IMG/VR virus record: IMGVR_UViG_3300032770_000002
Span: 124,001-188,000 of that record
Length of the DNA stretch: 64,000 nucleotides
Strand: one strand, 5' to 3'
Notes under the pieces: model-generated
Told to the model about the DNA's origin: nothing
The model's database searches: none
Seen by the model: the letters and a program-made list of their open reading frames with translations, nothing else
Program-made: the position numbers and the translations under genes
Part shown: piece by piece, positions 8,969 through 17,230 of the stretch
How the letters are laid out: each line of letters begins with the position of its first letter
How positions within the stretch are numbered: the first letter of the stretch is position 1

Positions 8969-10127
8969 CGCTCAGCTTATTCGTGCCATGCTTTATCTCC
9001 GTTGACTCAATGACAAGTCGCTGGTGCGTGAGCGGGACCTCGCCAACCATCTTCCAGTCCTTACTCTGGTCACCCAGTGGGTGGTCGTCGGTGTCACGCA
9101 CGGCCTCGTAGATGTAGAAGTTTCGGACAACCGTTGAGCCCCTTGCATAGCGCCCGGGAGTCCACTCACCCTTTTCAACTTGGCGCGCCTTCCACTCGCA
9201 GTGGGCGAGGCCAAATTCAGGGACGACCCACCCGTCATTGAGGTTGCTGTGCCAGCAACCAGCAAAGAGCGTGAACTGGCGGTTGGTGTCGAGGTTCGTG
9301 TAATTGAGCCGCGCGATGTGGTGTGGCAGCTCGTCAGTTTGAATGTTCCGCGAGCCTTCGAAGGTGTAGTCGAGGATCCAGCCATTCATCTCATACTGGC
9401 TCCCACTGCCGCAGCGCTGCAGCCTGACCATCTTCTTGAAGAGGTTGGCTCGGCCTTCCTTGCCGCCGTCAACCATGGCCCTGGCTATCGGAACCGTGCG
9501 GTTCATGCACCTTATCAGAAACTTGCCGATCTTAGTCTCGACGCCAAAGGACATCGCCAGCTTTTCAAAGCTTGTGACGCAGCGAAGCCAGTCCTCGTAG
9601 AAGCCGTCGACCCTGACGCGTGGGATGCCGCACAGAAACGTGCCATAGCTGTAGTATGGCGAGCAGACGTCGGCAAAGGCAACCTCCCTGGCGATCATGG
9701 CCATCTTTGTCGTGGTGCTAAACTCAGGCATGAACAGGCTGGTGATGGGCACCTTTTTGCGAAGCTCGTCAACGATCAGGTTTGGATCGATGTGCTCAAT
9801 GTCGTTTGTCGGGACGACCAGCAACTGCTTCTGTCCTGGCGTTGACGTGAAGATGTGCTCAGTTTCCTTTGGGTTCTCGCGGATGAGCTTGGCAAGCTCG
9901 CACATGGCCATGTGCCACAAGTCGTCTGGCCTTAAGACAATTGAAAAGTGGCGGCGCCACGCTTGGTCCAAATAACCGAGATAGCCACCATGCCAGACGG
10001 CACTGGCGTCATAAAATAAAAACTTGGCGTCGGTGTTGTTGAAGGCGTTCAGCACGTGGGCGCGCTGGCGCTTCCGGTCCTGGTCTGATGGCATGCTCAG
10101 TTCGGCGTCACAGAGTTCAATGATCAT
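8943..10127 (-). CDS. DUF4419-like protein
   Basis: AWRRHFSIVLRPDDLWH, PEFSTTT and CGIPRVRVDG..EDW motifs. Confidence 0.7.
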   Translation of the reverse strand: MIIELCDAELSMPSDQDRKRQRAHVLNAFNNTDAKFLFYDASAVWHGGYLGYLDQAWRRHFSIVLRPDDLWHMAMCELAKLIRENPKETEHIFTSTPGQKQLLVVPTNDIEHIDPNLIVDELRKKVPITSLFMPEFSTTTKMAMIAREVAFADVCSPYYSYGTFLCGIPRVRVDGFYEDWLRCVTSFEKLAMSFGVETKIGKFLIRCMNRTVPIARAMVDGGKEGRANLFKKMVRLQRCGSGSQYEMNGWILDYTFEGSRNIQTDELPHHIARLNYTNLDTNRQFTLFAGCWHSNLNDGWVVPEFGLAHCEWKARQVEKGEWTPGRYARGSTVVRNFYIYEAVRDTDDHPLGDQSKDWKMVGEVPLTHQRLVIESTEIKHGTNKLSVNWTIEES

Positions 10128-10158
10128 GGGCTGTAGAACTTTGACAGTCAACAAATTT

Positions 10159-10189
10159 TTGTTTACAAACCTTAAGGATGGTGTATGCT
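10159..10189 (+). promoter_or_regulatory. putative early sigma70-type promoter
   Basis: TTGTTTACAAA, 16-bp spacer, GTG-TATGCT. Confidence 0.6.
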
Positions 10190-10195
10190 TTTTGC

Positions 10196-10534
10196 ATGCG
10201 AAGCATTCAACGCAATCGAGATTACGTGAAAGTCGGCAACGTCTTTCGAGGAACGTCTAAACCGTGGGCCAAGTCGCCAACCCTGCGTGAAATCACGGCC
10301 GTCGACTGGGAAAACGGGCACCTCAGCTGGAAACAGGTCGGCGACGCCCTGCACGCTCCTCGCATTAACCATGCGCAGCGTCCTGATGGCACGATGAAGA
10401 TCGTGTCGTTTATGATGTGGGCCGACTGCTACGTGTCGAAGGCCGAATTGGCCGCGACGGACCTGACGGACCTCGTGAAGGTTGAGGTCAACGCGGTCCA
10501 CGAACCAGCCATCGTCGAGACATGCGTGACCTAA
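10196..10534 (+). CDS. hypothetical protein
   Basis: ATG 6 nt after the promoter -10 box. Confidence 0.65.
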   Translation: MRSIQRNRDYVKVGNVFRGTSKPWAKSPTLREITAVDWENGHLSWKQVGDALHAPRINHAQRPDGTMKIVSFMMWADCYVSKAELAATDLTDLVKVEVNAVHEPAIVETCVT

Positions 10535-11001
10535 AATGTTCTGGTTGGAATTGTGAGTCTGGCCTGCCTCCATTGCCTGGCACGACGCTGTGTGAGACGT
10601 GTTGGGCGTGTGGGCCACCCGGTCCAAAAGGGCCACCTGGACTAGTGAAGATTGACCCAGTGACCAACGTGAACGCCGTGGAGTTTTTGGCGAGTAATGA
10701 TAGTTGGGCAAAGAGCATCGGTTTGTTCAATTCGACGATTGCTCGAATAGCCCTGCTGATGTATTGCCAGCACCGGTGTGACATTAACTTGAAAGATGAT
10801 CTACTGACACAGGACGAGCCCTGGTGTGCCGGCGATTATGACGCGTTGCGGCATTTTGCAAACACGTTAGTCAAATCAATGATCACCAAGAAGTTCGTGG
10901 CCCCGTTGGTCAAAGAAAGACCTGATGAAGATCGACCCAACAATCGTGGCCGGTTCAAGGCTTCCAAGCTTGACGAACCCAAGCAACGTCGCCGGCCCTA
11001 A
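10522..11001 (+). CDS. hypothetical protein with N-terminal Cys cluster and a short GPP repeat
   Basis: CSGWNC...CETCWAC followed by GPPGPKGPPG. Confidence 0.6.
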   Translation: MRDLKCSGWNCESGLPPLPGTTLCETCWACGPPGPKGPPGLVKIDPVTNVNAVEFLASNDSWAKSIGLFNSTIARIALLMYCQHRCDINLKDDLLTQDEPWCAGDYDALRHFANTLVKSMITKKFVAPLVKERPDEDRPNNRGRFKASKLDEPKQRRRP

Positions 11002-11296
11002 AAAGGAAGAGTGGATTGGCGACGCCGTCCTGTCTCTCGGTCTGCGTCACTTCGTCTGCACGGTTCCGCCGGAGAGTCCGTTTTCAACGAATCAGATCGG
11101 TGTGCTGGCACGCAGCATTTCGTTCGTGGCCAGCAACGACTTCCTCAACACCTATTCCCAGTGGCTCAAAATCGAAGGCGGGGCCAATGAGGTGGAGCGG
11201 CGCATGGCCAGGCTTTTTCTCCTTCACGGCTTTGAGGAAGTCAAGTTGGAGTGTCAACGGATGTTTAACGCGTGGGCTGATTGGCGTGGATGCTAG
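10925..11296 (+). CDS. mini-RNase III-like catalytic domain
   Basis: EEWIGDAVLSL matches the RNase III signature (ERLEFLGDAVL); SNDFL and ANEVE...LFLLHGFEEV; no dsRBD. Confidence 0.6.
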   Translation: MKIDPTIVAGSRLPSLTNPSNVAGPKKEEWIGDAVLSLGLRHFVCTVPPESPFSTNQIGVLARSISFVASNDFLNTYSQWLKIEGGANEVERRMARLFLLHGFEEVKLECQRMFNAWADWRGC

Positions 11297-11300
11297 TCAA

Positions 11301-11513
11301 ATGAAAGAGACAATCCCATTGGAAGACATTAGAGATTTTCGCATTAAGCAATTGCGGCATGACATAGAAGAGGTCATGAACACGCTCAAAGAGTTTGAAA
11401 TTCCCGCTGTCTTAAACAAGCCAAGCCTCTTGAACTTTACCCAGTTGTCAGCTGCCGCTCAAAGCGGCATACTTTTGGCAAAGGCCATAGAAGAGCTCGA
11501 AAAACTAAAATGA
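11301..11513 (+). CDS. hypothetical protein
   Basis: 70-aa ORF from ATG 11301. Confidence 0.55.
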   Translation: MKETIPLEDIRDFRIKQLRHDIEEVMNTLKEFEIPAVLNKPSLLNFTQLSAAAQSGILLAKAIEELEKLK

Positions 11514-11521
11514 GGCCTTGG

Positions 11522-12235
11522 CTAGACGACGTAGATGACCAACGGCCAGTCCTTTGACAAAGCCTGGATGTAGATGTTGGCGCACTCCGACATCTCGATG
11601 ACATTTTGGTCCTCTTCTTCATCGGCGTGGAGCGCCAGTCTTCGCAAGTGTCCGGCTTCAATGACGCGCAGTCCCTCCAGCTTCTGGCAATCTTTGACGC
11701 TTCGTCGTTCAAACTGACTGACCCAACAGCACTCGATTGGCGTGATGATTCGCTGAACGGGAACCTTGCGGTCGCCGATGAAGATGTGGTTGTCCTGCAT
11801 GGACCACTTGACCCACTTGGACAGCGGAAACATGGTCGGACAAAACAGCACACCACGTGCAACGGCATCCTGGAGCGATGTTGCGCTGACGTGGATGGTA
11901 ATGGACGCACTCATGTTTTCTTTGGTGCGCATCGTTGCGAACGTGCGCTTGACCAGGTTTAATGGATTGGACTGTGTTAGCGGCATAGGTCCACTGATGA
12001 GCAGTGGGATGTATGGGCAGAACAACCCAAAGTTCCTATCCCGATTGGCACTGACCTGCTCATTCGTGTATGAGACGAAGAACACCTCCCCGTGCTGGTC
12101 GACATACTGCGACGAGACGAGTGGCCGGCTGGTGCTGCACGGCTCACCGTCAGGGAACATGTGGCGGCCAATCCAGACATCTCCTGGCCCGTTTGGCCGA
12201 AGTGCGTGGGCCTTAAACTCCTTAGAGGACGACAT
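11522..12235 (-). CDS. hypothetical protein containing a T4 gp23 C-terminal-like peptide
   Basis: FGLFCPYIPLL...KRTFATMR resembles the capsid motif GxFYCPYxPL...GFxTRY; ATG 12235 overlaps the upstream stop. Confidence 0.6.
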   Translation of the reverse strand: MSSSKEFKAHALRPNGPGDVWIGRHMFPDGEPCSTSRPLVSSQYVDQHGEVFFVSYTNEQVSANRDRNFGLFCPYIPLLISGPMPLTQSNPLNLVKRTFATMRTKENMSASITIHVSATSLQDAVARGVLFCPTMFPLSKWVKWSMQDNHIFIGDRKVPVQRIITPIECCWVSQFERRSVKDCQKLEGLRVIEAGHLRRLALHADEEEDQNVIEMSECANIYIQALSKDWPLVIYVV

Positions 12236-12710
12236 CCGCGGCCTTGTTGCGCAGTGACTTCTTCCAGTCAGCGAAAATCTGGCGTGACTCTTCAGGAGTC
12301 TTGTCGCCGATGGCGATATACTCGATCTCGCAGGTTGGCTGGACATTTACCCGAGCGTCAACGTCAGGCCAACTAGCATCGGCTGCGCCATCTTCAGGCC
12401 AATTGACCGTTGTGACGTCGATGCGGTGGCCTTCACCGATGATGTATGTTCTCGACGCCGGTGGATTGACCACCCACTTGTTCTCGTCCTTGAGCACCAC
12501 CTGAAGCTGTGACTCACCGATTGGCATGACTTGGCCATTTTGGGTCAAGCTGAAAAAGATGGTGTAATTGTGGCAGGTAGACTCGGCGGCCTTAATGGCG
12601 GGTAGGACCGGCAAGGCCGACGGTTTAGCCAGCTTCCGAAGGAACGAAATCGGGGCTGCGGCCACGGCTAAACTGCTCAGCACTCGGCTGATGAATAAGC
12701 GTCTCTTCAT
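12222..12710 (-). CDS. twin-arginine-leader hypothetical protein
   Basis: MKRRLFISRVLSSLAVAAAP N-terminus. Confidence 0.65.
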   Translation of the reverse strand: MKRRLFISRVLSSLAVAAAPISFLRKLAKPSALPVLPAIKAAESTCHNYTIFFSLTQNGQVMPIGESQLQVVLKDENKWVVNPPASRTYIIGEGHRIDVTTVNWPEDGAADASWPDVDARVNVQPTCEIEYIAIGDKTPEESRQIFADWKKSLRNKAADVVL

Positions 12711-12981
12711 ACGCCCTTAAGAACGGGCCTCGGCCACACTTGATGTCCATGAACATGATTGGACTGGTTGGCAAACTCATTGGTTGAACTGAGATAAGTT
12801 GGTCGATGACATCGCACTCCGACATGTTTTGAATGACCGGGAAGATCCACCTTGGGAAGTCGCCCACTTTACGGCGGGCCACGCGCCAGACTGGCTTGAT
12901 GAGTTTTGGAACGAAAATCCTAGGTCCAGACAGGACGACTAAGCCAGACGCAAGAACCTTGAAGAAACTGCGGCGGTGCAC
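12625..12981 (-). CDS. twin-arginine-leader protein with a T4 gp23 N-terminal-like peptide
   Basis: MHRRSFFK leader; VGDFPRWIFPVIQNM...DQLISVQPMSLPTSPIMFMDIKCG resembles the gp23 'VQPMxxPTG/S' region. Confidence 0.65.
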   Translation of the reverse strand: MHRRSFFKVLASGLVVLSGPRIFVPKLIKPVWRVARRKVGDFPRWIFPVIQNMSECDVIDQLISVQPMSLPTSPIMFMDIKCGRGPFLRAYEETLIHQPSAEQFSRGRSPDFVPSEAG

Positions 12982-12993
12982 GGTGAAAAGAAC

Positions 12994-14043
12994 TTAAATT
13001 GGCGGATTTGTTTCAAGGACCAGCCACGTTCCAGACTGAAAGTAGTAGATCCTGGCTTCTGATTTCAACGCGATGTGCGGGTCGGTCGCCGCTAAAGTCC
13101 AGTAAGTGCCGTCTGTGGACGTAAAGACATTGCCTTGTTCAGAGCACATGGCAAATTTTGAGTTGCCAAATGTGACGCCTGTAAAGTTATCAGTCGTGTT
13201 CGGGGGTTGCGGGTCGCCGTGAATGTCAAACAGGGTGAAGATCGTATAGATGTCCCACGTGACGCCGTCAGAAGTGGTCGCAACTAAGCCATTGGCGCCA
13301 ACAGCGACGAAAAGGTTTAGGTCACTGCTGTAGCAAATCGCCGCAAAGTCATCAAAGGCCCCGGTTGATTGAATCGTCCAACTACTGCCATTGGGTGATG
13401 TTGAGGCGCCGCCACCTTTGCCAACGCCGATAAAAATGCCATTGCCAAACGCAACTCCTCTGAAGTCCGTGGAGCCTGAGGTGTGCACGTTCCACGCTGA
13501 ACCGTCAGTTGAGTTGATGATCGTCCCGCTGTCTCCAACGGCCACAAATTGACTGTCGGCAAAGATTATGCTCCACAGGTTCTGGCTCGTTGCGACCGAC
13601 TGTGGCGTCCAGACATTCCCATCAGGGCTGCTTTCAACGTCACCGCCGAATCCAACGCCGACAAGAAGCCCTGCGCCAAAAGCGTGGGAGAAAATGTTTC
13701 CTGACGATGAGCCCAAATTGGTCCAATTTAAACCGTCGGTTGACGACGTGGCCAGGCCGCTTCCGCGAACTGAAAGCAGCGTTGTTCCATTGGCTGAGAT
13801 GTCGATGAGCAGCGATGAGCTCCCGCTTGCTCGGTCACTCGGCAAGAAGACAAAAGTGTCAGTCGGCGCCGGCGGTGATGGCGTAATTGAGATTGGGATT
13901 GAAGCTACTGGCCCAGTTCCATGGCTCTCGCCAGAGAAGAACGTTGCCGCTTCAACCGGGTTGCTTGGGTTTAGGGTTGGATTGACCCTAACGTAGCATC
14001 CAGGAAATGTCTCACGCGTGATGTCCATCACGCCTAACAACAT
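12994..14043 (-). CDS. beta-propeller protein with Asp-box-like S(T/P)DGxxW repeats
   Basis: Six repeats: SSTDGLNW, SSPDGNVW, NSTDGSAW, TSPNGSSW, TTSDGVTW, TSTDGTYW. Confidence 0.75.
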   Translation of the reverse strand: MLLGVMDITRETFPGCYVRVNPTLNPSNPVEAATFFSGESHGTGPVASIPISITPSPPAPTDTFVFLPSDRASGSSSLLIDISANGTTLLSVRGSGLATSSTDGLNWTNLGSSSGNIFSHAFGAGLLVGVGFGGDVESSPDGNVWTPQSVATSQNLWSIIFADSQFVAVGDSGTIINSTDGSAWNVHTSGSTDFRGVAFGNGIFIGVGKGGGASTSPNGSSWTIQSTGAFDDFAAICYSSDLNLFVAVGANGLVATTSDGVTWDIYTIFTLFDIHGDPQPPNTTDNFTGVTFGNSKFAMCSEQGNVFTSTDGTYWTLAATDPHIALKSEARIYYFQSGTWLVLETNPPI

Positions 14044-14241
14044 TCAAATCGAGAAGTCTTCGACGCCTTCAGGCTGAAGGTCAAACCAGTCTTCACCAGG
14101 AGCGGCCCAACCGATGGACCCGTCTTCAAACTTGACGGCATAGACGTCGTCGGTGAGGTTTTCGTCAATGGTGACGACGTGGCGGGTGTGGTCAATTAAA
14201 ACCGTTGCAGATTGACCAACCGAAAGGGTTGGAAAACTCAT
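14044..14241 (-). CDS. small hypothetical protein (SH3-like beta fold possible)
   Basis: MSFPTLSVGQSATV...YAVKFEDGSIGW. Confidence 0.55.
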   Translation of the reverse strand: MSFPTLSVGQSATVLIDHTRHVVTIDENLTDDVYAVKFEDGSIGWAAPGEDWFDLQPEGVEDFSI

Positions 14242-14272
14242 GGTAGAAGAGAACTCATGGTAGAAGAGAACT
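14235..14272. repeat. 17-bp tandem duplication (AACTCATGGTAGAAGAG x2 plus partial)
   Basis: Copies at 14235-14251 and 14252-14268, AACT at 14269-14272. Confidence 0.9.
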
Positions 14273-14322
14273 TTCAAGTGAATAACTTGCCGCCAATGTC
14301 GTCAACGACTTGGCCGGCAACG

Positions 14323-14793
14323 TTAGGATGGTGTTCGTAAGTTGTCAATGAGTTTCCTCGCCTTGGACTCAGTCAGCGCGGCTTCAACCTGAATCCAAGC
14401 TAGGAACTTGGCGTCGAGCAGGATTTCATACCCAGGGACCTCTTCGTCCATGATTGCGTCGATGCCACCTTGAGCTTGGATTCCCTTGATGCTGTTGATG
14501 TCATTCGGTCGATATCGCTCTTTGTAAGGGAGGTGGCGCCAAATCTCATAGGCGATGTCCTCCATCCCATACGGGTGGTCCTTCAGGCTTGGGTTTAATA
14601 ATTGTCGAAGCGGCACCTCGATCTCCGGGCCATAGCGTGCAACGGCCTTCTCAACGATGGCTTGAATCTGAGGCTCGGCCACGCCAGGGTGGATTGCGCC
14701 GCCCTTGTAGACCACTCGACGAACTTCCAAAAAGACTCGGCCAGCTTGTTTGCAAGCTGTCCAAAGTTTTTCATCGTATTCGTCGATTCTCAT
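14323..14793 (-). CDS. modular-array protein (one helical 'RYG' module A)
   Basis: AVARYGPEI...LLDAKFLAWIQVEAALTES-KARKLIDNL. Confidence 0.75.
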   Translation of the reverse strand: MRIDEYDEKLWTACKQAGRVFLEVRRVVYKGGAIHPGVAEPQIQAIVEKAVARYGPEIEVPLRQLLNPSLKDHPYGMEDIAYEIWRHLPYKERYRPNDINSIKGIQAQGGIDAIMDEEVPGYEILLDAKFLAWIQVEAALTESKARKLIDNLRTPS

Positions 14794-16598
14794 GGTGATT
14801 CAAGCCTACGGCTTATCTTGATTCGTTGAAGTTCGATCTTGAACCGCTTAAGGGCCTCTTCCTCATCCTTCCCGACGAGGAGGAAGATGTGGTCGATCTT
14901 GTCTGGGTTTGCGGTAGTGGTGCGGACGCCATGCATGTCGAGGTCGACGATTCGGTCACCGGTCTTAAATTGGTCGTTGGTGAGTCGCATCACCATCTCA
15001 AATGTGTCTTGGTAGTGGGCGCTGCTGTAGTCAATGGCGTGTCGAAATGGCTCGATCGCGCTGATGACCTCATCCGTGGTCGCGTCAAATGGAATGACAA
15101 TAACTTCCACGGGCGTCTCAAGCTCAGTCGAATCTGGCCTTCCAGGGCGGTTGTAGTAGAGGCGTTGGAACCTTGGCCCGTAGTCGTCCCTAGGGTGCTG
15201 TCGGTGGTGAAACTGGGCCATCTCATCAACGACAGAACGCGCTGAGGACTCGCCTAGCTTGTGGCGCAATATCCGGCCTTCGGTCTTTACCAATGCGTCA
15301 TGGAAGGCCTCTTGAAACGCGGTGGTGGCCAACTGCGAGATGACATGCCAACTGACGTATCGCGACACATAGTTCACTATTCCAGCCTCGTGGTTGCACG
15401 TTATCCAGATGTCCTCGAGCACGCGAAGCAAGTCATCGTCGACTTCCTCCTTGAGAAAACGCTTAAACCAAGCCCACTCGCGCCGATCGTAATTTACAAC
15501 GGGCGCCATCATGCGGCCAACGACGTCAGCGTTGGATTCGCCAAGCAAGCTGCTGACTCGGCCTCGTTCAAGCATCTTGAGGGCTCGCTCAAGCTGGTCT
15601 TTGAACTCACCCGTGTCCATCTCGGTGTAGTCCTCCTCGCTGACATACTCTTGGATGTAGTCGAGCACGCCGCGCATGTTGCCGCAGTAGTTGAAGACGT
15701 CGGCCACGATGTCAATGTGCTCTTGTGTGGCGCCGGACTGTTCAAGGTTGTAAAGGAGCATCTTGAGCTTTGGCCGGCCAAAGCTGATGATCGGGAAGAG
15801 GACTTCGGCCAGGCCAACGATGTGGGCCAGTCGGCGCAACTTGGCTCGCTTTCTGGCCTGTTCCATCTCCTCGTCACCTTCGTTGAGGTGCGTCCTGACG
15901 ATGTCGCCTAACAATCGACGGTGCTCGTCCGGGTTGAGCAGGACCCAAAAACTTTGATTCCACCCGCCGCGCTGGTGGATGTTGTAAAGTGTGTCGCCTG
16001 GACGCATCTGCGTGGCGACAAACTGGCCGATTCGTTCGTTGTTGTTTGAGTCGCCGCAGTGCCGGTATGGGTCAAGCAGCCTGTAAAGGATGTTGTGGTC
16101 GCCCGTGTGGACGTCAATTGTCGGCGCTTCAGGCAGGATGACGTCGCCTTTGCGTATTGGGTCTTTGTTGGCGACATTGTAGCTTGGGTCAAGTTCGGAG
16201 TCATCGCCAGCTCTGGAGAGGTCACGCTGCATCCGATAGTATGGCATCTCCATTAGGCTGTTGACGACAGAACGCGCCTTGGATTCAAGTGCGTCTCTCA
16301 TCTTGGCTTTTTGAATCAACAGCCTCAAGTAGCTTAAAAACTCGTCCGACGAGAACGTGGCGTAAAGTGCTTTGTCATTGGCATCGCCATGTTTCATCAT
16401 GTCAAGCTGGTCCACGAGGATGGTCCAGCCTCCGGGCAAGAGAGAAGCCAGTTCATCGCTTATTTTATCGCCAAAGCGAGCTTTGACTTTGTCGATCATT
16501 TGACGAGTAACGGCATCTTCAGGATTTGACGTGAATGCCATTCTAAAATTAACAATCTCGTCAGCTACATCCACCAAGAGGATAGGCGTGGGTATCAC
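14790..16598 (-). CDS. modular-array polyprotein (modules A, B, A, B with ES-xARxVV junctions)
   Basis: 602 aa; ARFGDKI, WVLLNPDEHRRL, LLVGKDEEEALKR; junctions ALES-KARSVV, LLGES-NAD, KLGES-SARSVVDE. Confidence 0.8.
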   Translation of the reverse strand: MIPTPILLVDVADEIVNFRMAFTSNPEDAVTRQMIDKVKARFGDKISDELASLLPGGWTILVDQLDMMKHGDANDKALYATFSSDEFLSYLRLLIQKAKMRDALESKARSVVNSLMEMPYYRMQRDLSRAGDDSELDPSYNVANKDPIRKGDVILPEAPTIDVHTGDHNILYRLLDPYRHCGDSNNNERIGQFVATQMRPGDTLYNIHQRGGWNQSFWVLLNPDEHRRLLGDIVRTHLNEGDEEMEQARKRAKLRRLAHIVGLAEVLFPIISFGRPKLKMLLYNLEQSGATQEHIDIVADVFNYCGNMRGVLDYIQEYVSEEDYTEMDTGEFKDQLERALKMLERGRVSSLLGESNADVVGRMMAPVVNYDRREWAWFKRFLKEEVDDDLLRVLEDIWITCNHEAGIVNYVSRYVSWHVISQLATTAFQEAFHDALVKTEGRILRHKLGESSARSVVDEMAQFHHRQHPRDDYGPRFQRLYYNRPGRPDSTELETPVEVIVIPFDATTDEVISAIEPFRHAIDYSSAHYQDTFEMVMRLTNDQFKTGDRIVDLDMHGVRTTTANPDKIDHIFLLVGKDEEEALKRFKIELQRIKISRRLESP

Positions 16599-17230
16599 TT
16601 GAGCAGCCTCCTGAAGTCCTTGCCAACGGCCTCGATGGACATGCGCTTGAGCTCGTCATACTCTTCGGGGTTGGCCAGCACAAGCCAGCTATTCAATGAC
16701 TGTTTTGACGCCCTAACCATGACGACTTTGTCTTCTGGATTTTTCGACAGGACGAATGACACGATCTTACTGGCCTCTAATTGGCCAGGAATGAACCGCA
16801 GTGGCCCAAGGATTGGCTGAAGATAAACGTCCCACCCAACTCCAAGTCGCAGGTCTTCGATGTCCGGCAGCGTGCCAGTCATGTCGGCTTCGTAAAGCGA
16901 AACGGTGACAGCGACCCAGTTCTCGAACTCCTTTGACATGATCACCTGGTAGGCGTCATTGCTCAGGTTGCGGGCGATCTCGTCAGAAATTCGTTGAGTC
17001 GCAAAGGTCCGTTCAAGCATGTTCGTGTGGGACCAGTTGTCTTGAATCGCTAACAGTTCGTCGAGCGCGTTAGAGACCTCCTTGCCGTAGCGCCGCTCGA
17101 CTTGTTTAAGAAAAGCTGGATAATCTTTAGAGTCGTCTGGAAACTTGCGTGAGATCCATCGAACCGTGCGTGTGCCGCGGTTGACGTCACCCATGTCGAT
17201 GTTGTCAATCAGTTGGCGTGCGACACTCAC
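16595..17230 (-). CDS. modular-array protein (A+B)
   Basis: SVARQLID leader; RRYGKEV; WLVLANPEEYDELKR. Confidence 0.8.
   Translation of the reverse strand: MSVARQLIDNIDMGDVNRGTRTVRWISRKFPDDSKDYPAFLKQVERRYGKEVSNALDELLAIQDNWSHTNMLERTFATQRISDEIARNLSNDAYQVIMSKEFENWVAVTVSLYEADMTGTLPDIEDLRLGVGWDVYLQPILGPLRFIPGQLEASKIVSFVLSKNPEDKVVMVRASKQSLNSWLVLANPEEYDELKRMSIEAVGKDFRRLLK

Noticed and set aside
10609-10640. Collagen-like protein
   Set aside because: Only three Gly-X-Y triplets, too short for a triple helix.
11522-12981. A true major capsid gene broken by frameshifts or stop-codon recoding
   Set aside because: Only two short motifs match, the intervening roughly 300 residues of a gp23 fold are absent, and the ORFs have their own leaders.
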